Below, piece by piece: positions 1-11,696 of a DNA stretch of 64,000 nt. This DNA is from Mustelus asterias. Taxonomy: Eukaryota. The DNA lies in assembly GCF_964213995.1 (NCBI RefSeq), contig NC_135809.1, positions 109,058,001 to 109,122,000 on the forward strand, written 5' to 3'. The notes under the pieces were generated by a model. That model worked only from the letters and a program-made list of their open reading frames with translations, ran no database searches and was not told where the DNA came from. The translations under genes and the position numbers were made by a program. How positions within the stretch are numbered: the stretch's first letter is position 1; the number at the start of each line of letters is the position of its first letter.

Positions 1-184
1 TTTGTATTGTAGTGTTGTGGTACATCCCAGTCGGGCTCCGCCTCCTGGGAGAGGTATAAAGGTCCCTGCTCTGGCTGGGACCCCTCAGTCTGGGATCGTG
101 TATATAATTGGTAGCTGCTTTGTTACAGCAAATAATAGCCCTTATTTCCTGAGCATCAAGCCTCGTGTATGATAACGCGCATCA
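1..184 (+). mobile_element. 3' part of an LTR (probably Gypsy-type), truncated by the window start
   Basis: TATAAA at 55-60, AATAAT-like polyA motif near 131, ends ...GCATCA (CA terminus). Confidence 0.5.
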
Positions 185-534
185 GAATTATAAAAAGTTG
201 AGGCACCAGTGACAGTGGGAAGTGGAGGGGGAGGGGTGCGGGGGGCTCTAGGTTCTCATCCCAGTGATGGGAAGTCAACGGGCAAATATTTCCAAGTCAG
301 CATTGTGTAAATCTTGGAGCAGCCGTAATGATGTTCCCATGCACCTGCTGTCCTAGTTCTTCTAAATGGCCACCGTTGCACATTTAACAGCAATTGAGAA
401 TGAATTAAAAATAGTCTAATTGTTCATTATTCTTTCCATCAATTCAGTTTGTAATTTGTATCTATAAACAAGAAGGCTGAGAAGAGAATTGGAACAAATA
501 AGTTTCTGTCACATGAATGCCTTTTGTTTTATAG

Positions 535-963
535 TTGCGTTAATAATTGGTGATATGAAGAAACCAGAAAAAATTATCGCTGGTGAGAAAATCAATCTGA
601 GTTGGAAAGTTTCTGTGTTCAGTCCAAGGGAGGTGAATAATTTTGTCACATCTGTGAAGAGGAAAGGGGAGCAGGAAGCAAAGAAGTTATTTCACTGGAA
701 AATCCCACTGGACAAATTCACAGGACCATTTGCAGTAACTGTCCCTCTCAACAATGTATCACATTTATTTGAGAAAGATGATTCCTTCAGTGCTGAGACA
801 CCAGAATTACAACGCGAATCTGATGGTTCTTTCTGCATTCCATGTTCCATTACATTGTGTCCTGATGTATCTAAGGATGATGGTGCTGAGTTAATCTTTG
901 AAGTTAAACAGGAAGGTACTGAGGAACCTTGGACTAAAAGCACAGTACTGAAGGTCACTGCAG
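535..963 (+). CDS. Internal exon of gene 1: atypical Ig C1-like domain (143 codons, phase 1-1)
   Basis: Acceptor ttttgttttatAG|535, donor GCAG|gtaatt at 963; 429 nt open. C1-type motifs LSWKVSVFSPREV, SDGSF..C.I.L, DDGAELIFEVKQ, P..K...L.V; both canonical Cys positions replaced (W, F). Confidence 0.8.
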
Positions 964-1267
964 GTAATTTCAGTATTTTGTACATCATACAAACTCTTGC
1001 AAACATGATTGTGAAATTCTTGAGTGGGAGATCATGACACCAACATAAAAACAGTTTTTAATGTTATTCCCTGCAATATGATGATGAAAATTAGCAAGTC
1101 CTGCATAGATTTGATGATTGGAACCACAGTTTAATTATTTAGTCTGAAGTTACTTGCTGTTTTCAATCAGGGTTCATTGGCCTTTGGCAGCTTTACATTC
1201 AAACTCTGTGGGATAATGTGGAGGGCCTCAGATATGTCCACTGAGGTATGCACAATAATTATTACTG

Positions 1268-2655
1268 ACCCCAGGCACCCCAGACCTCTTCCACCTTCTT
1301 TCATCGGGAAAAAGATACAAAACTCTGAGATCACTTACCAACCAACTCAAGAACAGCTTCTTCCCTGCTGCCATCAGACTTTTGAAAGGACCTACCATAT
1401 ATTAAAAAGATCTCTCTCTAAACCCTAGCTATGATTGTAACACAATGGATGGGATTTTCAGTTCTCGCTCGCCCTGAACCCAGAAAATCCCGCCCGAGGT
1501 CAATGGGCGTTTCTATGGTCCGCCCCTCACCTGCTCTGATCCCGTGGCGGGCGGGACAGTAAAGTTCGCCCATATATTCCGCACCTTCTCCTTTCCATAG
1601 AATCATAGAATCATACAGAGCAGAAGAGGCCCATCCAATCCCACCTAATGCCATCTGCCAGAACTTGGCCCAAAGCCCTGAATGTCATGATGTGCCAAAT
1701 GCTCCTTCAGATACTTTTTAAAGGATGTGAGGCAACCCGTCTCTACCACCTGTACAACTCCAAGATGATTTCCCTGCTTTTGTAATCTGTATCTCAATTG
1801 ATAAAGGCAAGTGTCCCATATGCCTTTTTCACCACCTACTAACATGCCCTTTTGTCTTCAGAGATCTGTGGACAAACATGCCATGGTCCCTTTGTTCCAC
1901 AGAACTTCCTAATGTCCTATAATTCATTGAGTACTTCTTTGTCAAGTTACTCCTTCCAAAGTGTATCAGCTCACACTTTTTAGGGTAAAATTCCATCTGC
2001 CACTTAACTGCCCATTTGACCATTCCATCTATATCTTCTTATAGCCTCACTGTTAACGACCTTCCAATCTTTATGTCATCCACAAATTTACTAATCCTAA
2101 CCCCCACCCGACATAGTCATCAATGTTATTGATATAAATCAGGAATAATAGGGGGGCCAACACTGATCCCTGTGGTATGCCACTGGACACTGGCTTCCAG
2201 TCACTAAAGCAGCCTTTTGTCCTCACTCTCTGTCTCCTACAATTGACCCAACTTTGAATCCACTTTATCAAATTACCCTGTATCCCATGTGAATTTACCT
2301 TCTTTACAAGTCTCCCATGTGGGATCTTGTCAAAGGCTTTGCTGAAATCCATATAAACTACGTGGACTGCACTATCCTCGTCTACACACCTGGTCACCAC
2401 CTCACAAAATTCAATCAAATTTGTTAGACATTTGTTAGTCTCTCTGACGAAGCCATACTGACTATCCCTAATCAAGCTTTGCCTCTGCAAGTGGATATAG
2501 ATGCTCTCCTTCAGATGATTCTCTAATAGTTTCCCTACCACTGACATGGTCCTTCTCTATGAACGGTATGTTTTGTCTGTATAGCACGCAAGAAACAATA
2601 CTTTTCACTGTATGCTAATACATGTGACAATAATAAGTCAAATCAAAATCAAATC
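1268..2655 (+). mobile_element. 3' end of a Rex1/Babar-type LINE split by a small MITE (about 1446-1571) and a CR1 fragment
   Basis: 1270-1445 matches the LINE end at 5264-5667 (...NSFFPAAIRLL); the element resumes near 2550 and ends in a (caaat)n tail. Confidence 0.65.
1597..2549 (-). mobile_element. CR1 LINE reverse-transcriptase 3' fragment, degenerate
   Basis: ORF 2071-2547: YMDFSKAFDKIPH, SGIPQGSVLAPLLFLIYIN; KWQMEF motif; catagaat-type tail at 1596-1615. Confidence 0.9.
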
Positions 2656-4081
2656 AGTGATTGTGAATTTGGAAGATGCCCTCGAAGAAGCATTATTTGA
2701 CTAAATGAAACAGAATATCACTGATTGATGGTGTGGAATGTAGGAGAGTGTTCCAGTCAGCAAAATACTCACTTTGTCATCGGTGAACAGGTTTATTTCA
2801 GGTTGTCACCCTTAACGCGCTAATGGGATCAAGAGATGATGGAAGCAATAAATGTAATGAAATACCTTAAGTTCTGTTGAAAGAGGGGGAAACAATTGAG
2901 CTTCAAGTATTCTTAGAAATATTAGCTACATCATTCAGTTATCTTGTCTGCCAGTCAGAAGGAAATGTAAGGTTCTGCTCCACAATTTTGAGTAATTGTC
3001 TTGACTGACACCTAGTATGTATTTGATGCAATAATGAATGCAGTCACACAGTTATCCTCATATTTGTACAAGATAAAGCTCTTTTTTTCAAATATCAAAT
3101 TTGATTCAATTTTTCAAATAGAATGTCCTTATGTACCCTGAAATTGAAATATCTTACTTTTACAATGATTATGTCACAGGAAAATATTTTGCTCATGAAT
3201 TCTGGGACAAATTGTATGAGAAAGTTGTGCAAAGTTGGCAATAATAATTGAAACTAATTGTCTGATGTATATTCAGGGCAGGTGGAGAAACCAAATAGAA
3301 CAAAATATAATTTATCGATTCAGTGGAATATAGGAGACTGTTCCAGTTAGCAAAAGCCTCATTCTGTCTGATGTTAACACATTTCTTTCAAGATTGTCAT
3401 CCTGAACAAAATAATGGTTGTAATGGACAGAATAAACGTGATGGGATGCATTTTGTTCCATTGAAATAGGGGGAAAGAATTCTATCTCATCGAGGCTTTG
3501 ATCTGCACATTGTGGCTTCAAGTATTCTGAGAAATATTAGCTACATCATTCAAAATCTCCCAGTCAGAAGGAAATGTGTTGATGTTCCAGTCCAAGACAT
3601 TGAGAAAAACCCTTGACTGAAACCATATTTTATGGAATGATAGTTTTGTTAAACACAAAAATTGATAGAATTTTCTGATTCAAATGCCACTGATGTATCC
3701 TCTCATTGAAGTGTGTTACTTTTACAACAAATAAGATCCAAGAAATAAAATTGTTCATAAAATTGTGGGCAAATTGTATCGCAAAACTGAACAATTTTGC
3801 CAAAGCTAATTTGAACCAATTGTCTGAGGTATACTCCCAGCAGTAAAAAAAAATGACTGACAGTTAATACTCTGAGAAGAAAACATAGCATCAGGCTTCG
3901 GGTTCTTAATGCTGCACTTATCTGAGAAAGATGAATATCTGTCCATGGATAAGAAAATATTGAGCTCATCTAATTTCATGTATATTGTTTGCACCTTATA
4001 CAAAAAAAATCAGTGTGCCTTCTGCTCCATTATGCTATGAGTTTACAGTATCTTATGTTTTGTTTCATCCCGATTTAACAG

Positions 4082-4171
4082 ACACCTCTTCAAACATTCC
4101 CAACAATATTCCGAATGAAATGGGAGTTCAACAGGATGGGAATGAAGGAACAGGGAATCCGGACACTGCAG
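4082..4171 (+). CDS. Old repeat exon a (90 nt): DTSSNIPNNIPNEMGVQQDGNEGTGNPDTA
   Basis: taacAG| ... GCAG|gtgggt, phase 1-1, open; the homologous upstream AG is mutated to CG, so the next AG 9 nt downstream is assumed. Confidence 0.55.
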
Positions 4172-4714
4172 GTGGGTTGATGATCAGGTCCACGACTTTC
4201 AGCAAATATCTTGACTGAAACCTGGTACATATTTAATGGGATGATGCAGTCACACAGTCATCCTCATATTTACATTTAATTAAAGTTCCTTTTGTTAAAT
4301 ATAGAAATTGATTGAACTTTCTGATGCGAACGCCACTGAGGTATCCTGACATTGAAGTACCTTTTCCGATGAATGAAATCGAGGGGAAAAAATCGCCTGT
4401 AAACACGTTGGCAAATTGTATAACAAAACTGAACAATTCTGCCAGTCCTAATTGAAATTAATTGAGGTATATTCAGGGCAGAAAGAAAAAGCAATGAACA
4501 GTTCATATTATCTGTGAGCAAAGGTGTTGCAAAAAAATTAGAATGCTTAATGAAGTACTTATCTGAGAAATAGGGATATTTATCTATGGATTAAAAGCAT
4601 TGAGCTCAACTTAATTCATGTCTATTATTTACATATTTCTAAACAATTATCACTGTACTTTCTGCTTATTTGTGCTAATGGTTTACACTGTCATGTAATC
4701 TCGTGTTCAACTAG

Positions 4715-4810
4715 AATCGACAGATGCCTCGTCAAGCGGTCCAAACAGTACTCCGAGTGAAATGGAAGAACAGAATCAAGATGAAGGAACAAATAATTCG
4801 GATACTGCAG
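4715..4810 (+). CDS. Old repeat exon b (96 nt): ESTDASSSGPNSTPSEMEEQNQDEGTNNSDTA
   Basis: gttcaactAG| ... GCAG|gtgggt, phase 1-1, open. Confidence 0.65.
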
Positions 4811-5263
4811 GTGGGTTGATGTTCCAGTCCAGGAGTTGTGCAAATGCCTTGACTGAAACCTAGTACATATTTGATGGAAAGATTCCACACACAGTCATCA
4901 TCAGATTTGTAAAGATGAAGCTGCTTTTCTTAAGTATAGAAATTGATTGAATTTTCTGATTCGAATACCACTGATGTATCCTGACATTGATGTATCTTAC
5001 TTTTACAATGAGGAAGATCAAGGGAAAAAATAATGCTTGGAAACATCTGGGCAGATTGTGTAACAACACTGAGCAATTCTACCAATACTAATTCAAACTA
5101 ATTGTCTGAGGTACATTCAGGGCAGGAAGAAAAAATGACTAACAGTTCAAACACAGTGTAAGAGAAAATATTGCATAAAAATTAGGGTGCTTAATGACGT
5201 TATTATCTGAGAAATAGGAATATTTATCCATGGATAAGAGGCATTGAGCTCAACTAAACCCAT

Positions 5264-6755
5264 GTTGATTTGATTTATTGTTGTCACCTGCATTAATATA
5301 CAGTGAATGGTATTGTTTCTTGTGTGCTATACATACAAAGCATACTCTACAGAGAAAAAGAAAGGAGAGATGGCAGAATGTATTGTTACAGTTATAGTTA
5401 GGGCATAGAGAAAGATCAGTTTAATACGAGGTAGGTCCATTTAAAAGTCTGAAGGCAGCAGGGAAGAAGCTGTTCTTGAGTCGGTTGGTACGTGATCTCA
5501 GACTTTTATATCTTTCTCCCGATGAAAGAAGGTGGAAAAGAATATGTCCAGGGTGCGTGGGGTCTTTGATTATGCTGGCTGCTTTCCCAAGGCAGTGGGA
5601 AGTGTAGACAGAGTCAACGGATGGGAAGCTGGTTTGCGTAATGGACTGGACTTTAGCCTTCTGAGAAGGTGGAGGTAGGGTGTCCATTTCCAAATTTCCA
5701 AAAAGGAGGAATTGCACACACACACAGGCCCCAGCCTCCCGCCAACAACAACATCCGCTCAGCCAGCCTCCCCGCGTCGCGTCATCATCGGAAACCGTCC
5801 GGAAACAGCCGAGCGCACCATTGCGTCATCCTCGGCAGCGTCTCCCCGCCCTCCCGAGTCAGCTTTGGCCACCCGCCGGAAATAGCCGGAGATCTCCGGG
5901 AGAGTCTCTCCGACCGATTCCACCCACCCCCAACACGTCATCTTCGGCAGTCTCCCCCTCCCCGAGTCAGCTTTGGCCAGCCGCCGGAAATAGCCAAAGA
6001 TCTCCTGGAGAGCTGCTCTGACCGATTCCATCCATCCGCCACCCGCCCCCCACCCCCCGCGTCATCTTGGGCAACGTGCCGGCTCAGACCAGAACGTCAT
6101 CGCGTCACCATCTGTGCTCCCCCCGACTCATCTTCGGATCCCTCCGGAAACAACTGAGCGCTTGGACACTCGCCCATTGCGTCAGCTTCGGCAAGCGCCT
6201 CCACACAGCCGAGAACGTCACCACCCACCCGAGCATGCCCGACTCATCTTCAGCCACCGATCGGAATGAGCCGAGGGCGCTGCGTTCTGACCGAGCATTG
6301 CGTCATCTTCGGAGGCACGGAAGTTGCGTCACCAGCCTTTGGGCACTCCACGGAATGAAGCTGACTTCGGAAATCCTCCGGAAAGAGCCGAGCGCCTGCC
6401 CTTTTTTAGTCAGACCCAAAAAAGGAGGACAAATTAACGTCCGGCTCGAGGTGGCGCCGGACGGAGGTCAGAGTGCTCAAAAGCCGGACTGTCCGGCCTA
6501 AAGCCGGACGTCTGGCCTCCCTAGGTGGAGGTGTTGGTGGGCTTTCTTCACTTTTGCGTTAGAGTGGAGTGACCAGGACAGGTGATCTGGACACCGAGAA
6601 ACTTAAAGCTCTCGACCATTTCCACTTCATCCTCATTGGTGTGGACGACGGCATGTCCTCAACTATGCTTCCTGAAGTCGATCAGTCCCTCCTTCGTTTT
6701 GCGGACATTAAGGGAGAGATTATTGTTGTTGTCGCAACAGTTCACCAGATTCTCA
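5264..6755 (-). mobile_element. Rex1/Babar-type LINE 3' fragment interrupted by an hAT-type MITE
   Basis: ORF 5421-5723 HCLGKAASIIKDPTHPGH...RTNRLKNSFFPAAFRLLN; (atttg)n tail near 5266; RT-distal sequence resumes at 6532-6755. Confidence 0.8.
5676..6523. mobile_element. Non-autonomous hAT-type DNA transposon (848 bp)
   Basis: Termini TAGGGTGTCCA / TGGCCTCCCTA; perfect 8-bp TSD GGTGGAGG (5668-5675, 6524-6531); internal ~110-bp direct repeat. Confidence 0.85.
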
Positions 6756-7593
6756 GGCCGGGATTTGACCATCGCATTGCGCCCATTTTCGGGCGCGAAA
6801 ATTTGGTAAAGTCGGGCATGAGGCGAGTAGCGCGATCTGTACCCGTTTCTGCGCTGGTTCGCACTTTGCTAAGGTCAAAAATGGGCGCAATCAGGAACCT
6901 GTACAAAATGGGCGCGACGGCCATTTAAATAATTCTGCCTGTATTTCAATCCACTGAACAAGCTACTTTACCAGCACGACTGCCTTTACCACCGCGTTTG
7001 CCCAATCCGGAATTGGTCTAGAACAGACTAGCTTGATGAAAGTCCGATTCTAGTGCTCCTTCAGTGAGGGTTAGTAAGGAGGTAAGTGTCTACCATTGGA
7101 CAGCTCCGTGCTGCTCCCAGGGGGGTCCTTTCGTGGCAGCCATGTTGCATTTCAGGTTGGGACGGCTCTGCGAGTGTGTGGGGAGGTGGGGAGCTGTTGC
7201 CTCAGCAAGGTGTCTGATGTCCAATTTGCAACACGGACCCGGGTCTCAGCACTGACCTTGGGTCTTGGGGACGCTGCTGGGTCCTGGTGCAAGCAGCACT
7301 CTTCCAGCTGAAGGATGTGCTGGAGGCCCTTGCAAATGACAGTGCTGCAGCCTCAGACTTTTTCAAGCAGCAGTGTCTGTGCTAACTACTGCATGAGTTC
7401 TGGGTGTGTATTGCTAGGGGGAGGATGGGAAGTCTGTGTTGCTGAGGGATGGGGGGCTGTGTTGCTCGGGGCATGTGGGGCTGGAAGTGGGGGAATGGGC
7501 AGTATGTGTTGCTGTGCAAGGGGCAAGCAGCATTCCTTAATCTCTCCATGTGTTTCTCCCATTTACCAAATCTGCCCTCCTTCAGATTGACGA

Positions 7594-8500
7594 GATGGCT
7601 TTTGTGATGCAACCGATTGATCTTGGCTGTCTCCCTCTACTCCTGCGAGTGGTAAGGCATGGGCCTCCTTGCCTGCAATTCATATTCCCAGTCAGCTGTC
7701 CACACCTGTGTCAAGGGGGTCACATATGCCCGGGCTGGCCAGTATATCAAATTTGGCCTGGACCAGGCCCAGCAGGAAGCTAGGGCTGCAGGATTCACGG
7801 CCATTGCAGGGATACCTAATGTGCAGAGGCTATCGACTGCACCCACATCGCCCTCAAGGCCCCGTTTCAGAATCCACAAAGTTTCATCAATAGAAAGGGG
7901 TTCCACTCCCTAAATATCCAATTGGTTTGAGACCACAAGATGAACATCATGCACGTCTGCGCCAGACACCCCAGCAGCATGCATGACAGTTTTATTCTGA
8001 GGTGATCAGACATTCCGGAGGCCTTTGAGGAGGAGCCCAGGGTGCAGGGATGGCTCATGGGTGACATGGGGTACCCGCTTCGGACTTGGCTGATGACGCC
8101 TGGGTGGAGGCCTGAGACTCAGATGAAGAGCCGGTATAATGAGGCCCAAATTGCCACCCGCTCTATCGTGGAGAGGTGAATAGGGCTCAAGAAAATGTGG
8201 TTCAGGTGCCTGGACCGCTGTGGCGGGGCCCTACAACACAGCCCCCTGATTTCTTCCTGCATTGTGGTGGTGTGCTGTGCCCAACACAACCTGGTGCAGC
8301 AGAGCGGTGACCTTTTAGAGGAGGAGGAGGACATGGAGGCTGGTCACTGGGGAGAAGGCCACCTAGCAGGAGGAGGAGGAAGAGGAGGAGGACCATACCG
8401 AGCAACACCACCCAGGCGCTGGAGGGTTGGCAGCAAGAATCAGACATTCAAGGGCAGCGAGGAAGGCCCTGATCGCCAGGCGCTTTGCTTACTAGTGGCC
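7594..8500 (+). pseudogene. Harbinger (HARBI1-like) DDE transposase pseudogene
   Basis: [15 protein letters not shown] across a frameshift, [36 protein letters not shown]; N-terminal part deleted; stops and frameshifts. Confidence 0.88.
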
Positions 8501-8682
8501 TGTGTTTCTGCACGCAGGTTCCATTTCCACCCCCCGCCCCCGACCAAAGTCCTCTTATCTCCTGCAACATTGTAACACCAAAGTGGTGGGCCTGGATATG
8601 CTGTGTTCGTGAGTTTCTTTGGCAGGCAGGAGGGTGATGACAACTTGTTAAGCAGCATTGTGATGATGCCCTGGTCCAAACT

Positions 8683-9074
8683 GATGAAGAGGAGGCAATG
8701 GCCTAGTGGTATTATCACTAGACTATTAATCTAGAAACTCCGCTAATGTTCTGGGCACATGGGTTCAAATCCCACCACAGCAGCTGGTGAAATTTGAATT
8801 CAGTAAAAAAATATTTGGAATTAAGAATTTACTGATGACCATGAAATCATTGTCGATTGTTGGAAAAACCCATCTGGTTCACTAATGTCCTTTAGGGAAG
8901 TCTGCCGTCCTTATCTGGTCTGGCCTACATGTGACTCCAGAGCCACAGCAATGTGGTTGACTCTCAACTGCCCTCTGAAATGGCCTAGCAAGCCACTCTG
9001 TTCAAGGGCAACAAGGAATGGGCAATAAATGCTGGCCTGCCAGTGACACCCTAATCCCACGAATGAATAAAAAA
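8683..9074 (+). mobile_element. tRNA-derived SINE inserted in the Harbinger element
   Basis: A box TGGCCTAGTGG (8699), B box GGTTCAAATCC (8762), A-rich tail, AAACT duplication; empty site visible in the second Harbinger copy (about 63176). Confidence 0.85.
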
Positions 9075-9490
9075 AAACTAGTCTGATTCCTACCTGAGGT
9101 CCACATACACCTGGGCCCACGTCTGTGTAGTGGGTAAGGGATCAGTGAACCCCCATAAAGGACCCCGGGGTGGGTGCGGTGGGGGAATGGAATCGCTCAT
9201 GGGTTCTGAGAAACCGATGGCTTTTCTCAGTGACACAGCGTTGAGGAACCTCCCCAACTGACACCAACATGAAGGATCCGTCCAGCGACCGTCAAGGATA
9301 CAGGATCCCTGTTTGAGGCAAATCTGCGAAAAATTAGTCACAGGTGGGTGGTGAAAAAACATTTTTATTGATTACAATAAAAGTGTCTAAATAATAAGTT
9401 GTAACATAAAAACGTGTGAACAGAAAACATTAAGGTGCTTAATAACCTACCTAACAAGTGCAGCCCTTCACCCATGCTATCTTAGTGCAA

Positions 9491-10665
9491 CTACAACTTC
9501 CTAACCTTACGTGGCTTAGCACTACATCTTGGTGTCTCCCCAGAATGTACATTGGAGATGGAGGGGGCTAGCTGTTTACCATGCCTCGTGGTCTGTGATG
9601 CTTGTGGCGGGCGTCTTCTGGACAGCCTGGATCTTGAGTGACCTGGCCGGCTTCCAGGTGTCTGGGACGTATCCGTGACACCCTCTTCAACCCACTGCCT
9701 CTGAGATGCCCTGGTGTCAGGAAGGGGGGAATCAGAAGGTGTAGCCATAGTCACAGTCTCCTGGCTGGAAAGCCTCGGCATGGGCTCGAGCCCTTCCTCC
9801 GCCCTTGGGGTTCCTGTGGGCCCCTGGGTCACTCCATGGGATGGCAGTGCTTCTGTACTGAGCTCCAGAACCTCCGGCACCACCTGGCCCTGCTAGTCCT
9901 GGAGGACCACCTGCATCCTACCCATGGTAGTTGAGCACTCTGCGATCGCCACTTGAGTCGGGGGTCACCTGTCAATGGTCGCAGCAAGTGCCCTCTGAGA
10001 TTGGACCACACTCTGCAGCCCCTCAGCCATGACCCTCTGTGACTGGGCCATGTTTTCTAGGGCTGCTGCATTAGCCCGCTATGTCTCAGGGCTGTCTCTC
10101 TGGGTCTCATGCAAGCTCTGGAGCCTCTTAGCCATGGGAGGTAAAACCTAGAGAAGCCTGTTGAGACCCTCAACCGTGGCCCACTGTGTCTCAGCCGTGG
10201 CCCTCTGGGACTCCACTGTGACCAACTGTGACCTGGCCATTGCTTGGAGCCTGCCACTCATGGTGAGGATCCCCTGCTTTCCACTGCAGACAGAACCCTT
10301 GCAGTGTTGGCCTGGGAATCACACAAGACAGGCAATATCTGGTCCGCCTGAAAGCTTTGGGACTCCTCCCAACATCCTCACAATCGGTCCAGTGTGGCCG
10401 TCAGCCCCTCCTGCATACCCTGGCTCTGTTGCTGCATCTCCAGCAGCTGAGGGAGAAGTGATTTCAGAGGCCTGGCATGTAGCCTGTGGCCAGCTGAGTC
10501 CTCGCCTCCGGCAGGCCTCCGCATGCTAGAGGGCTCAGACATTCCCTCCTCCACCCGATGTACATTATCAGATGTTTTGTGCTCACCAGAGAGTGACCCA
10601 GAAGCTTCATCACTAACTGGACCCACCGATGTGAGAGTATCTGGGATGGTGAGTTGTGAGGTGGA
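9491..10665 (-). pseudogene. Harbinger second ORF remnant (the ORF that normally encodes the Myb/SANT-like partner), C-terminal part
   Basis: Fragmented ORFs convergent with the transposase, coiled-coil-like LLEMQQQSQGMQEGLTATLDRL, basic C-terminus; homologous to 63684-63992; the Myb domain itself is not visible. Confidence 0.6.
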
Positions 10666-11367
10666 AGCTGACGCCAAAAAGGGGCCACCCTTGGAGGCAA
10701 AAAATGGGCCCAAAAGGCGGATCTTAAACTCCCCTAGTTTCAAGTCCACCCAGCACTTAGACAAAAAATAGTAAAATAGCGCCCAAAGTTCTGAGACCGA
10801 ATGACCCTTTGTCAGAGCTGAAGACAATACGAAGTAGGATGCAGCAAAAAGACAGCGGCTGCTGAAGATCGGAGATATTGACAAAGATGTCATAGACACA
10901 CAAACAAAGAGAATGTAAATGGTAGTGATCATGGCGAAGAAGGGTGCTGGTAGCCAAGAAGGGGATGTTGGTCATGTTGGTGTTTCGGTGCATCTGCTGC
11001 CTTTGTTGTTATGGATCTCAGTAGTTGCGAACTTGGAAGCTGCCCTTGAAGAAGTTGTATTCGACCAAATAAAACAGTGCATAATTTATTGATGGTGTGG
11101 AATGTAGAAGACTATTCCAGTTAGCAATAGCCTAAACTTGTCATCAGGTCAACAGAATTCCTTCAAGGTTGTGACCCTGAACAAACTAATGGGTGCAATA
11201 GATGGTGGACGCAATAAATGTGATGAAATGCTTTACGTCTCATTGAAAGACGTGGAAAGAATTGTTTCTCGCTGAGGCCTTGATCTGAAAATTGTGGCTT
11301 CAAGTATTCTTTTGACACATTAGCTAAATCATTTAGAAATGTTGTCTGCCTGCCAGAAGGAAATGGG

Positions 11368-11696
11368 TGCTTACCTCCTCACTAACCCTGACTGATGGGG
11401 CGCCCAAATTGGACATATATGGAGCATGTCTGTTTTGCATCGATTCTGGATGGGCAAACACAGTGGTAAAGGGGGAATTGCCGGTAAAGTTGGGTGTGCA
11501 GCCCTTTAAGTCAATTTAAATGCATGCAAATTGATTTAAATGGCCGTTGTGCCCATTTCGTGCGCCATCCCAATCGTGGCCATGAATGAGCCTTGGTGAA
11601 GAGGGAACTGGCATGGAGGCTGGCGCAGATCACGCTACTCGTCCCATGCCCGACTCCACCAAGTTTTCTGGCCCAAAAACGGGCGCAACGCGATTG
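11368..11696 (-). mobile_element. Inverted Harbinger left-subterminal fragment inside the first array unit
   Basis: Reverse complement of 6770-7090 and 49170-49470 type sequence. Confidence 0.75.

Larger units (their letters stand above)
2657..5263 (+). repeat. Four old, diverged, partial copies of the intron+exon unit
   Basis: Share blocks with the 2-kb unit (tggaatgtagg..ttccagttagc, cagtcatcctcatatttg, aattgtctgagg, gcacttatctgagaaa); roughly 20-25% diverged by eye. Confidence 0.85.
6756..10784 (+). mobile_element. Decayed PIF/Harbinger transposon with internal deletions
   Basis: Degenerate TIRs related to GGGGCGATTTTACCA; transposase remnant on +, convergent second ORF on -; colinear with the copy at 60829. 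Confidence 0.85.

Noticed and set aside
489-1037. ORF read as a single-exon 182-aa gene
   Set aside because: It starts at TTG, and both ends are intron read-through beyond clear splice sites at 535 and 963.
1171-1245. 75-nt AG/GT-flanked candidate exon after the Ig exon
   Set aside because: In the required phase 1 it ends in TGA just before the donor and has no homology support. It could at most be a minor terminating exon.
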